This document shows positions 9,984-22,250 of a DNA stretch of 32,000 bases, one piece after another; position 1 is the first letter of the stretch; each line of letters opens with the position of its first letter. The position numbers and the translations under genes are program-made. The stretch is from Wolbachia endosymbiont of Drosophila innubila. Lineage in GTDB: Bacteria; Pseudomonadota; Alphaproteobacteria; Rickettsiales; Anaplasmataceae. Under the pieces are notes generated by a model. It had not been told where the DNA came from and did not search any database. It was given only the letters and a program-made list of their open reading frames with translations. The stretch is taken from the NCBI RefSeq assembly GCF_021378375.1, contig NZ_CP076228.1, positions 510,001 to 542,000 of the forward strand, written 5' to 3'.

Positions 9984-10016
9984 GAGGTAGATTAAGTCTG
10001 CCTCTTTGTTTTTTTT
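9984..10016 (+). terminator. Rho-independent terminator
   Basis: gaggtaga-ttaag-tctgcctc hairpin (8 bp stem including one G-U pair) followed by tttgtttttttt. Confidence 0.65.
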
Positions 10017-10094
10017 GATTTTTAGTGTTACGCGCATAACTGCATGGATGTTGCGATTCTCAAGGCAACGTATCTGTTTAGATGCATGGCTAAT

Positions 10095-10244
10095 GCTGAA
10101 ACAAAAATTCCAGTGTTCCCTTTCTTGTCATCCCAGTGCTTGACACATAACTGTACAAACATTCATTTTTGAAGGTAAATTGCACAACAGATAATGTCAT
10201 TCCAGTGCTCCCTTTCTTGTCATCCAAGTAGCTGACACTGGGAT
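10095..10244. repeat. Two tandem-ish copies of the attccagtg(c/t)tccctttcttgtcatcc palindromic repeat unit
   Basis: 10107..10140 and 10196..10229 share about 30 bp. The second copy ends in aagtagctgacactgggat, as at 8441..8457. Confidence 0.55.
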
Positions 10245-11317
10245 GGCTTTGTTGCATCACACTTTATGAGATGGTGATTTATGGTAAATTCATGTAACTA
10301 TCTCAAATTTAGCCATACCAATATCAGTGAATTTATTAAGCAAATAGCATTTAGTTCTTTTTCTCGATTTATCTCAGATTTATTCCTAAAACTAAATCCG
10401 AATATTTGCTTTAATCTTGAGAAAAACCCTTCAATATAAGATCTTTTCCCATAATTTACTTCTTTTTTTCCATTCTTTCATGCCATCTTCACCGTATAAT
10501 TTTATTAACCTAATAGCAGCATTCCTGTCAGACATATAATCTATTTCTGGATGTTCTGCCGCATTGTTTATTGGTGGAATTTTTGTCTTTATATCATATT
10601 CGTTACACAACTTATAAAACTTGTGCCTATCACATGCCCTATCTGCATATAGTACTTTTATGACATACTGAAAATCGACTTCTTTTAGCAAATCACAAGC
10701 TCCATAGTGATCAGCCGTTACTGTATTTTACAGCTATGGCTTTTTTGCTGTTTGTATTCAACATTACATGCAATTTTCTTGTCTGTTCATAGCTGCGATA
10801 CTTTCTATCTTCGCTATTTTCTTTGCTATGACCAGGAGTGTTGTTGTATATACTAATTCCTGTACTGTCTATAGCAATTTCGATATCTTCCATATTATTT
10901 TCTGCAATCATTGATCTTAATATTGAGTTTCTTAAACCTTCTTGATGATTGTGAATAGCTGATAACTTGCAAATTTTTCCCAATTTGCTCAAGGTATCCT
11001 GCTATAAACCCAACTGTTTGCCTCAGGCCTATTCTAAATAAACAAGTTATTATGTGCACCAAAATTACAACTTTATCGCTATAAATATTGTTGCCACCTG
11101 GTATTTTTGGACCATTCTCGTACCACTTTTCTATGGCTTCGTTGATATAATGAAAAATATTTCCTCTTTTTTCTAGAAATTTGTTATATTCGCTATGGTT
11201 ACTGACCCTCATTTTTTGTGGCATATTTTTTCTTTCAAGGTTAAATGGCTATTTTATAATGAATTTTGTCAGTAGCCACCAGATTTTTTCAGTTGCTATG
11301 CAACAAAGCCATCCCAG
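10238..11317 (-). mobile_element. IS5/IS4-superfamily insertion sequence, decayed
   Basis: The ends share a 20 bp perfect inverted repeat: ctgggatggctttgttgcat at 10238..10257 against its reverse complement at 11298..11317. Weaker inverted-repeat similarity continues about 50 bp inward. The interior encodes a DDE transposase split over at least 4 frames. Confidence 0.7.
10298..11224 (-). pseudogene. IS5-family DDE transposase, at least 3 frameshifts
   Basis: ORFs 10895..11224, 10711..10992 and 10431..10691, plus an out-of-frame C-terminal piece (GKRSYIEGFFSRLKQIFGF). DDE landmarks are AIDSTG, YADRACD and the YxxR/E region. Confidence 0.75.
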
Positions 11318-11333
11318 TGTCAAGCACTGGGAT
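11311..11333. repeat. Perfect hairpin repeat unit atcccagtg-tcaag-cactgggat
   Basis: 9 bp perfect stem, same family as 8547..8570 and 10130..10140. It abuts the IS5 right end. Confidence 0.6.
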
Positions 11334-11396
11334 CTGGTAGACAATGTTCATACAGCAGCTACTCGGATGACACCTTGTGCTTGCTGGCTATAATTG

Positions 11397-14003
<2,607 letters not shown>

Positions 14004-14128
14004 TCAAACATATCTTCTTAAAGTGTATACTAAATATTGTACTAAAACAATGAAATTTACTTATTTTTAATAATAACTTTTAACGCTGATCTTTAAAATT
14101 TATTTTAATAGCTTCAAATTTTAACAAT

Positions 14129-14644
14129 ATGAACGCGGTGAAAAATCTAGTTATTTGGTTGCTAATAATAGCCACTACTGCAATGCTTATTGATTCACAA
14201 AGGGACAAACTAAGCGACAGATTTCTCAGTACTTTTTTACCATATAAAGGAAGAATTCAAAATAGCGGTCAGAATAGTGGAAGTATTGAATTTACGAAGT
14301 CATATGATGGACACTTTTATATTCAGGCTCAAGTCAATGATCGCAATATAACGTTTTTGCTTGATACTGGAGCAACCGATATTGTTCTATCACAAAAAGA
14401 CGCATTACATGTTGGTATTAACTTACAAAATGTTCAGGATTTTAAAATATATGAAACTGCGAAAGGTCAAATAAAAGCTGGAGTGGTTCAAATACCTCAA
14501 GTTAAAATAGGAAATTTTTTGATTAATGATGTACAGGCAAGCGTTAACACTCATTCTATGTCTCATTCACTACTTGGAATGAGCTTTTTAAGGTATTTTC
14601 ATTTCACTATAAGAGATAATAAGTTGATATTATACCGCGACTAA
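14129..14644 (+). CDS. Retropepsin-like (clan AA) aspartic protease, membrane-anchored
   Basis: 171 aa with an N-terminal TM helix, the catalytic LLDTGATDIVLS motif and a C-terminal LLGMSFL flap-like motif. Confidence 0.7.
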   Translation: MNAVKNLVIWLLIIATTAMLIDSQRDKLSDRFLSTFLPYKGRIQNSGQNSGSIEFTKSYDGHFYIQAQVNDRNITFLLDTGATDIVLSQKDALHVGINLQNVQDFKIYETAKGQIKAGVVQIPQVKIGNFLINDVQASVNTHSMSHSLLGMSFLRYFHFTIRDNKLILYRD

Positions 14645-14650
14645 ACACTT

Positions 14651-15535
<885 letters not shown>

Positions 15536-15726
15536 TTAAACTTGAATTTTATATACTTTTCAAAAAATTCACTAGTTTATTCTGTGATTGTTTGATTATG
15601 TCAATTTTTCCATCAGTTAATTCTTGTCTGTCAATTAAGTTCTATCTAGCTTGCATACTACCATTTTGAAGTACATTACAAAAGCGAAATACTGCCAATT
15701 TGGCCCATCATTTTATCTCTGCAAGC

Positions 15727-16005
15727 TTATCCCCCCCTTGCTATGTTAGCAACGCAACCTAAGCTAGGTTCCTTCATAGCAGTGTTAGGTACACTGCCAT
15801 ATCTTTCAAAACTTTCATGCTCTATAGCTTCCTCAACACTTTTTCCTCCTAAAAGACAGTTTTCCCCTAAACTTTTTCCCCTATTTTTTAACTCATTAAG
15901 CCTTGCTCTGTTTTCCCCATCAATCTCCACTTTTATTTTATTGCTGCCTTTCTCACTAGGACTTAGATAAATACTTATCTCTCCTACCTCAGTAGTAAAA
16001 GGTCT
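15727..16005 (-). CDS. Open frame abutting the intron 3' end; possible 3' exon / C-terminal part of the head protease gene, or unrelated flank
   Basis: The frame is open from 16014 to the stop at 15727 (RPFTTEVGEISIYLSPSEKGSNKIKVEIDGENRARLNELK...). The listed ORF 15727..15930 is its ATG-initiated part. It is one nucleotide out of register with exon 1 if the intron ends at the canonical ...CUAC (16007). Confidence 0.3.
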   Translation of the reverse strand, partial: RPFTTEVGEISIYLSPSEKGSNKIKVEIDGENRARLNELKNRGKSLGENCLLGGKSVEEAIEHESFERYGSVPNTAMKEPSLGCVANIARGG

Positions 16006-16065
16006 GGTAGAGACTCATGACCTTGAAACCAGCGATTTGGTCTCATAACCATAGTCTCCCCAAAA

Positions 16066-16098
16066 GAACCGTGCTTGCGGATTTCCCGCACACGGCTC
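16066..16098 (-). ncRNA. Group II intron domain V
   Basis: The minus strand reads GAGCCGTGTGCGGGAAATCCGCAAGCACGGTTC: AGC catalytic triad, 2-nt bulge geometry and a GAAA tetraloop. Confidence 0.85.
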
Positions 16099-16111
16099 CA
16101 CAATACAGCGT

Positions 16112-17423
16112 TCACACTAGTGCTCCTGTGTATAAAACATATACCTTTGGTTTTGGTAATGGATTTACTTTTAAATAGTGTATAAATTGTTCCCAATCCA
16201 TACTTTTCTTTTGACTACGTCGGTTTATCCACTTAAATGCTAACTTTGTTACCGGTCGATAGAATTGAATCAAACACCGATAATTTCCGCTAACTCCGAA
16301 GTAGCTATAGTGTCCTGTTAGTTTGGCTTTAAGTTTCTGCCACCAATCTTTGAAACAGATACGACTTCGTACCATCTTCAACCATTCTTTGATTTCTTTA
16401 ATCTTTCTGGCTAGGCTTATTTTTTTGAAGTTTTCTGCTTCATCATAAGTTTACCATTACGACTTTTCCACAATAATGTGTAAATCCTAGAAAGTTGAAG
16501 CTAGCCGTCCTACGTTTCTCTCTTTCTGCTTGATACCATTCTTTCTTACCAAACTTTACTATTTTTGTTTTATTTTCAGCTATTTCCAACCCAAATTTAC
16601 TTAGTCTTTGTTTCAGTAATTCTAGAAATTCTTTTGCGTCTTCTTCCCTCTCGCAGCCAACTACAAAATCGTCGCAAAACCTTATTAGCTGTAAATATCC
16701 TCTGGCTTTTGGCTTAAATTTCTTTTCAAACCATAAGTCCAGCACATAGTGTAAGTATATATTAGCTAATACAGGGCTTACTATACCACCTTGTGGTGTG
16801 CCTTGATCGGTTGCTTTATAACATCCAACTTCGACTATTCCTGCCTTTAGAAATCGTTTTATTAACCACAATAAATTTGGGTCAGCTATTCGTTCCCTTA
16901 GACAATTCATTAGCCATTTATGTTGAACATTATCAAAGAACTTCTTGATATCCACTTCTACAATATAGTTAATTGGTTTGTGCATAACTGCTTTATCTAG
17001 AGCGTTTATCGCCTGATGACAATTTCTTCCTGGTCGAAATCCATACGAGCTGTCCATAAAGTTTGCTTCATAAATATTTTCTAATATCTTCTTTAGCATT
17101 ACCTGTACCAACTTATCTTCCGTTGATGGTATTCCGAGACCGCGCTTCTCTTTGCTCCCGGCTTTGGGTATGTATACCCTTTTCACTGGTAGCGGTTGAT
17201 ATTGTTTTCTCTTCATACTATCCACTAGTGTTTTAAGTTTCTCTTCTAGATTTTCTCCATAAGCTTCCACTGTCACACGATCTATACTACAAGCCTTGTT
17301 GCGTTTTAGTTCCTTATAACACTCTGCAAGATTCTCTTCATTAATCAAATGAACTAATGATGTAAATTTTACTCGCTTATCTTGCTTAGCCCTTACTGCT
17401 ATCTGGTTTAGTTTTCCTTGCAT
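16112..17423 (-). pseudogene. Group II intron reverse transcriptase/maturase, frameshifted
   Basis: ORF 16443..17423 carries RT domains 0-7, including the FCDD variant of YADD. ORF 16112..16381 carries the thumb/X maturase region. They are joined only by frame changes within 16400..16460 at A4 and A7 runs. No HNH endonuclease domain is present. Confidence 0.85.
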
Positions 17424-17915
17424 ACTCCTCTAATCTCTGTTGTATTGGTATAGCAATCCCTATACCAGTCACTATATTGCTAACCGCTTCCCTTGTATGT
17501 GGCTTTCCCACACTCCGAGTACTATCAATTAGTCCGACTTCCTTTGCATCTTCCTCCAGTCCTCGCCTTTATTGACTTGTTCCAGAGTACCCTTACAGGA
17601 ATACAAAGGATCTCCCAAGTTCACGTAAGGTCCATCTCAACACATGACGCGGCCTTCGATCCCGATGAGGTGAGTAATATCTTGCCTTAGCGTTATTACC
17701 CATGTTGCCTTCCACCAAATGTAAAGTGTCAGCCCCCATGACGCGTGAATTACGGGACTCAATACCTTCACTTTCGTTGCACCCTATGTTGTCCATTCCA
17801 TTAGCTTTACTACGCTCGTTACCTTACGCAGCATAATGGTTTGTTCCAGGTTGCCGGCTAAGCTTTACCCGTGTTGGATTTTCACCAACTGTTCCTTACG
17901 CACTTCTTGGCGCAC

Positions 17916-18782
17916 ACATAATAACCCTCCTTTTTCAATTAATTCACTTGAGTCTTGAATTGGCTGTTCTTGTTTATCTGTTGTGTTTAAATTCATACTG
18001 TAACTCCTATATTGATTGATAAATTCAGAATATATCATAATTCCATCGGCAAGCCCTACTTCTGTTGCATTTTCTCCAAAATATAGCCCTGCCTCTGTTG
18101 ATCGAATCTTTTCAATTGAAAGACCTCTGTTCCTTGCTATTAGCTGCACAAACATTTCATATAGTCGGTCTACTTCTTTTTGTAAGCTTTCCAGACTTTC
18201 AGACGTCATTGGCTCATGCGGATTTAAATCATTCTTTCGACTACCAGCAAAGATTGTGGTGTACTTAATACCTTGCTTTTCATCAAACCTACTTTGATCT
18301 ATATGACTTGCTATTACTCCTATACTACCAACACCAGAAGTTCTGCTCACAAATACCTTTTCGCTACTCGAAGCAATTGCATACGCAGCAGAATACGCAT
18401 CGTCATTTGCTATCGCTATTATCCTCTTTTTTCCTCTTGCACTATAGATAAAATCAGCTAAGTCAAATACACCGTTTACCTCTCCTCCTGGACTATCTAT
18501 ATCAAGCAGAATAGTTTCTATATCTTTGTTTGATAATGCTTCTTCTATTTCTTCTTGAATTTTCTCATATGATGTCATTCCCAGAAAATCGTCAAAAGCT
18601 CCTGGTTTTTTGGTCAAAATTCCATGTATTGCTATTACTGCTGTTTTTTCTATATTCTGATTTACTGCATGTTTTATATTTTTAAAGATAGGTTGTTTTC
18701 CTTTATATAGTGACAACAAGTCAAAGCTTTTTTGCTCTATCATCATCGGCCTACATAGCCAATTGGTTTGTAAAATTTCCAT
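17916..18782 (-). CDS. Phage head maturation protease / minor capsid protein C (S49 SppA-like peptidase), interrupted by the group II intron
   Basis: S49 motifs are present (LLDIDSPGGEV, AYSAAYAIAS). Listed ORF 17865..18782 reads through the exon-intron junction; residues after GGLLC are translated intron sequence. Confidence 0.8.
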
Positions 18783-18796
18783 AAAGTAAACGAGAT

Positions 18797-20200
18797 TTAT
18801 TTTTTTTGTGTCCTGACATCAGAATCAAAGAAAAGGTTGAGAGAATCAGCACGCTTTTGATCTTCTGCTATTTCTTGATCAATTTCTTCTACATCGTAAC
18901 CCATTTCTGACACTACTTCTGACCTACTCTTAAATCCATTTCTTACTGCCATTTGCTGTGCTTGCTGGTCTTTCAGTGGATCTACCCAATCAAATCCCTG
19001 TGGTATCCATTTTACATCTTTAAATATTTGATTATCTGTTGTAGAAAGCTCTCCAGATAAAGTGGCAAGTTCTAGCCATCTACTCCATACTGGTCTGCAA
19101 AATTGGAATACTATAATGTTATGTTGCAGCATAGCGCATCTACGACGAAACTCTATTAATCCTGCTCTGATTGATGAATAATTAACTCCTGTTAAATCTC
19201 CTGTTAGCTGTTCATATGTTATCCCTGTACCAATCGCTATTGCCCTCAGTTGCTGTCTCATAAATGCTTCATAACTTCCCCCAACATCAGACGGCTCTGA
19301 AAATTTTATGTCTTCTCCTGGGTCTAAAAGCTGCATTGTTCCAGGTTCCAGTCCAGATAGTGCTACTCCTTGCTCATTACTTTCACCTTCTCCTAAAATA
19401 TTTGCTTCTGGATCAAGTCTCGTAATAAACCCTGCAAACATCGCTGCTGTCTTTTTTCTCACTAATTCTGCATCATCGTATTGATCAAGCTCATAAAGCT
19501 TTAGCAGTATATTAGAAAGCCATGGCTCTCCTCTAATTTGCCCAGATCTTAAAGGTTTGTAGATATGTAAAACATCATTTGCCGGTACTCTCACTGATTC
19601 TCCAAACGTACTTTCACCAGGGTGTTCTTTAAATAGGTAGTATGCTTCTCTTTGCCCAAGCCTGTTAAACTCAATCCCGTTTCTTATTACATTACCATTT
19701 CCTAAAGTTTGATTTGTTTTATTATCTAAATGTTCAGACTCAAGTACTTGCAGTTGTAATGGTACAGAAAATCTATCTTCCAGCTTTCTCGTTCTTAAAC
19801 GTACAAAACATTCTCCTCCCTCTATCATACTTCTGCATACTAGAGCTTGTAATCCATAAAAATCACTCACTCCGCTACTGTCTGCTTCATCTGTCCATTT
19901 CAGCCATAATTCTTGCACCTTCTTTCGAAATTCTCCATCCCTTGCTTTTGATTGCGGTTTTATTCCTGTTCCAATAGAGTTACTTACTATTGTATCAATG
20001 ATATTTGCTGCATATGGGTTTTTTCTCACCATATCACGTGATCTACTACGTAAAGTTTCAAGGCTTTGAGACAGCAAATTGTTTATACTTCCTAACTCTG
20101 GTTGAAAGTGAAAAAATCTTCTTCCTGAGCCTGCTGCATCCCATGCTGAGCTTTTTATCTTTGGTTTGTTAAATAATTGCTTGAAGGTTTTTAGCAGCAT
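18797..20200 (-). CDS. Phage portal protein, lambda family
   Basis: 467 aa positioned between gpW and the S49 protease, as in the lambda gpB arrangement, with portal-like conserved blocks (FVRLR, GYDWVDP-like FDWVDPLKD). Confidence 0.9.
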   Translation of the reverse strand: MLLKTFKQLFNKPKIKSSAWDAAGSGRRFFHFQPELGSINNLLSQSLETLRSRSRDMVRKNPYAANIIDTIVSNSIGTGIKPQSKARDGEFRKKVQELWLKWTDEADSSGVSDFYGLQALVCRSMIEGGECFVRLRTRKLEDRFSVPLQLQVLESEHLDNKTNQTLGNGNVIRNGIEFNRLGQREAYYLFKEHPGESTFGESVRVPANDVLHIYKPLRSGQIRGEPWLSNILLKLYELDQYDDAELVRKKTAAMFAGFITRLDPEANILGEGESNEQGVALSGLEPGTMQLLDPGEDIKFSEPSDVGGSYEAFMRQQLRAIAIGTGITYEQLTGDLTGVNYSSIRAGLIEFRRRCAMLQHNIIVFQFCRPVWSRWLELATLSGELSTTDNQIFKDVKWIPQGFDWVDPLKDQQAQQMAVRNGFKSRSEVVSEMGYDVEEIDQEIAEDQKRADSLNLFFDSDVRTQKK

Positions 20201-20425
20201 TTATAAAATTCCTTTACTCGTTGAAAAAACAATTTTCCTCTTTGGCCTCATGCCTGCAACTTTTAACTCAGCCTTAATTCGTTGTCTTAAATTCAATAAA
20301 TCCTTTATTTGAACTTCCCCGTACCGCACAACATGGTCACCATATGCAATTGATACCACTCGTTCTCCGCTTTGCAGTTTTTGAATTGCTTTCTCAACTT
20401 GAGTTAAATATTCTTCACTGTACAT
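20201..20425 (-). CDS. Head-tail joining protein gpW-like
   Basis: 74 aa lying between the large terminase and portal genes. It overlaps the terminase stop by 11 nt and abuts the portal start. Confidence 0.7.
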   Translation of the reverse strand: MYSEEYLTQVEKAIQKLQSGERVVSIAYGDHVVRYGEVQIKDLLNLRQRIKAELKVAGMRPKRKIVFSTSKGIL

Positions 20426-22250
20426 TTTGACTACTAAGCCATTTACTCTGTCTTAATTTTTTGGGCTTTTTGCTTTCCATTTTTCCACTCAAACTATTCC
20501 ATTTACTCTCTGGCCATCTATCTATTCCCAGTGCTATCGATGCTGCTCTTGCGTAAATTCGGCAATCTAGTACTTCATTTCTTTCTCTTACCTTTTGCCA
20601 CTCTTGTTTGGTATAACCTTTTACTACTTTGCTGACTAATTGCTCTGCCGTTAGCTGCTTAAAATATTCAGGTGCATACTCGGGAAAATGACAATATCCT
20701 GGCGGTGTTTCTTCACCATCTTTTAAAATATTAAGTAATTGAAAAAGCTCTGACTTTAATATTGATACTCCTACTGGCCAGAGCTTTATTCCTCTTTTTA
20801 GCTTTTGACCACCAACTGTTATATCTACTCTACTTGGGCTGCTAAGTGGTACTAGTGCTTTATTTACACCTTTGACTGCCATTACTCTTCCAGAGCCTTG
20901 ATGACCTCTTACCCAATTATACACTTCCTGCGTTGCATACCCGGCATCAACTGCCATCATACTTATCATATATTCAAGACCATTTTTACCGATAAAATGA
21001 TGATTGAGGAGCTCCGAAAGCTTTTTCCATACTTCTCCACTTCCTGTATCTCCTTCAAATACTTGGTAGTCTATTGACCAATTTTCACGGCTTTTTCCCC
21101 ATGCTACAACTTCTACTTCTAAGCGGTCTTTTTGAACATCTACTCCTGCTGTCAAAACTACTTCGCCTTTTGGTACTGTGCCAATCTGAAAAAATTCTCT
21201 CCTGTTAAATAATTGCTTCCAGTCTGGTACTTCTCCTTTATCTACCCAGGTTTCTCCAAGCGTTGTGTTGATCCAAACTTTCAGTAATTGTTCACTTTCC
21301 TTTGCATGCAGAAAATCCTCTACTGCTTGTTGCCAACTATACCAGCCAACTGGACTATAAAGACTTGAAAGATGAAATCCTTTTTTCTCACCTTTTACTC
21401 TATTAGTAGGTCTCCATTCTCCACGCTCAAGCATCTCTGTCTTTTGATGATTTTCTATTTTGCCGCTACATTCAGTGCAGACATAATGTGCTGTTCTTGA
21501 GTCGTTGTTTTCCCATTTAATTTGTGACCATTTTAGAACTTGATAGTAATTACAATACGGACATGGTACAAAAAAGTACTGCTTATCTGTTGCTTCAAAT
21601 TCTTTCTCAATTCTGCTTATTCCATGAATCGTTGGTGTTGATACTAAAAAAATCTTTCGCCGTGCAAATGTATTAGTTCGAGCAATACTGAGCAGCACTG
21701 GATCTCCTTCACCACCTGAATCTCCTGGATAGGCGTCTATTTCATCAAGAAAGAGATATTTTACTGGCATAGATCTCAGTGCTACACTGCTATTTGCTCC
21801 GGTTATTACTACTATTCCACCTGGAAATTCCTTACTTTGTACAGTATTGCCTGAGTCTCTTGACCTTGGGTCTTTTACTTTACTCTTTAAACATGGCGTA
21901 CTCTCTATTAACGGCGCAAATCTTCCTTTTGACCAACGCTTTCCCATTTCAACTGTTGGCTGCACAACTAACATTGGACCAGGAGTCTGATCTATAATAT
22001 AGCCTATCCAATTGTTACCAGCTTCTGTTCCTCCAATCTGCGCTCCTTTCATGAATACTACTTTTTCTGCTGGTGAGGACGGAGAAAGTGAATCCATGAT
22101 TTCTTTTAAATAAGGAGTTCTTTCTGTTCTCCATTTACCTGGCTCTGATGCTGCAGTTGGCGCTAAAACTCGATACTCATTCGCCCACTCTGACACTTTA
22201 AGTAGTGGATCTGACTTTAAACCTTCAGAAAAAGATGTAGCATATATCAT
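20415..22250 (-). CDS. Phage terminase large subunit (lambda gpA-like)
   Basis: 611 aa with Walker A-like KGAQIGGTE, Walker B LFLDEID and a C-terminal nuclease region. Confidence 0.9.
   Translation of the reverse strand: MIYATSFSEGLKSDPLLKVSEWANEYRVLAPTAASEPGKWRTERTPYLKEIMDSLSPSSPAEKVVFMKGAQIGGTEAGNNWIGYIIDQTPGPMLVVQPTVEMGKRWSKGRFAPLIESTPCLKSKVKDPRSRDSGNTVQSKEFPGGIVVITGANSSVALRSMPVKYLFLDEIDAYPGDSGGEGDPVLLSIARTNTFARRKIFLVSTPTIHGISRIEKEFEATDKQYFFVPCPYCNYYQVLKWSQIKWENNDSRTAHYVCTECSGKIENHQKTEMLERGEWRPTNRVKGEKKGFHLSSLYSPVGWYSWQQAVEDFLHAKESEQLLKVWINTTLGETWVDKGEVPDWKQLFNRREFFQIGTVPKGEVVLTAGVDVQKDRLEVEVVAWGKSRENWSIDYQVFEGDTGSGEVWKKLSELLNHHFIGKNGLEYMISMMAVDAGYATQEVYNWVRGHQGSGRVMAVKGVNKALVPLSSPSRVDITVGGQKLKRGIKLWPVGVSILKSELFQLLNILKDGEETPPGYCHFPEYAPEYFKQLTAEQLVSKVVKGYTKQEWQKVRERNEVLDCRIYARAASIALGIDRWPESKWNSLSGKMESKKPKKLRQSKWLSSQNVQ

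Larger units (their letters stand above)
16007..17915 (-). mobile_element. Group II intron (bacterial, En-minus IEP type)
   Basis: 5' end GTGCGCC at 17915 on the minus strand. An RT/maturase ORF sits in domain IV, and domain V lies at 16066..16098. A domain VI-like helix has a candidate branch A at 16016, 9 nt upstream of ...CTAC at 16007. The 3' boundary is uncertain by a few nt. Confidence 0.85.

Noticed and set aside
15984-17796. Small ORFs 15984..16196 (-), 17493..17690 (+), 17593..17796 (-) and the tail of 17865..18782
   Set aside because: They all lie inside structured RNA domains of the group II intron (domains I, V and VI). They show no coding signature or motifs.
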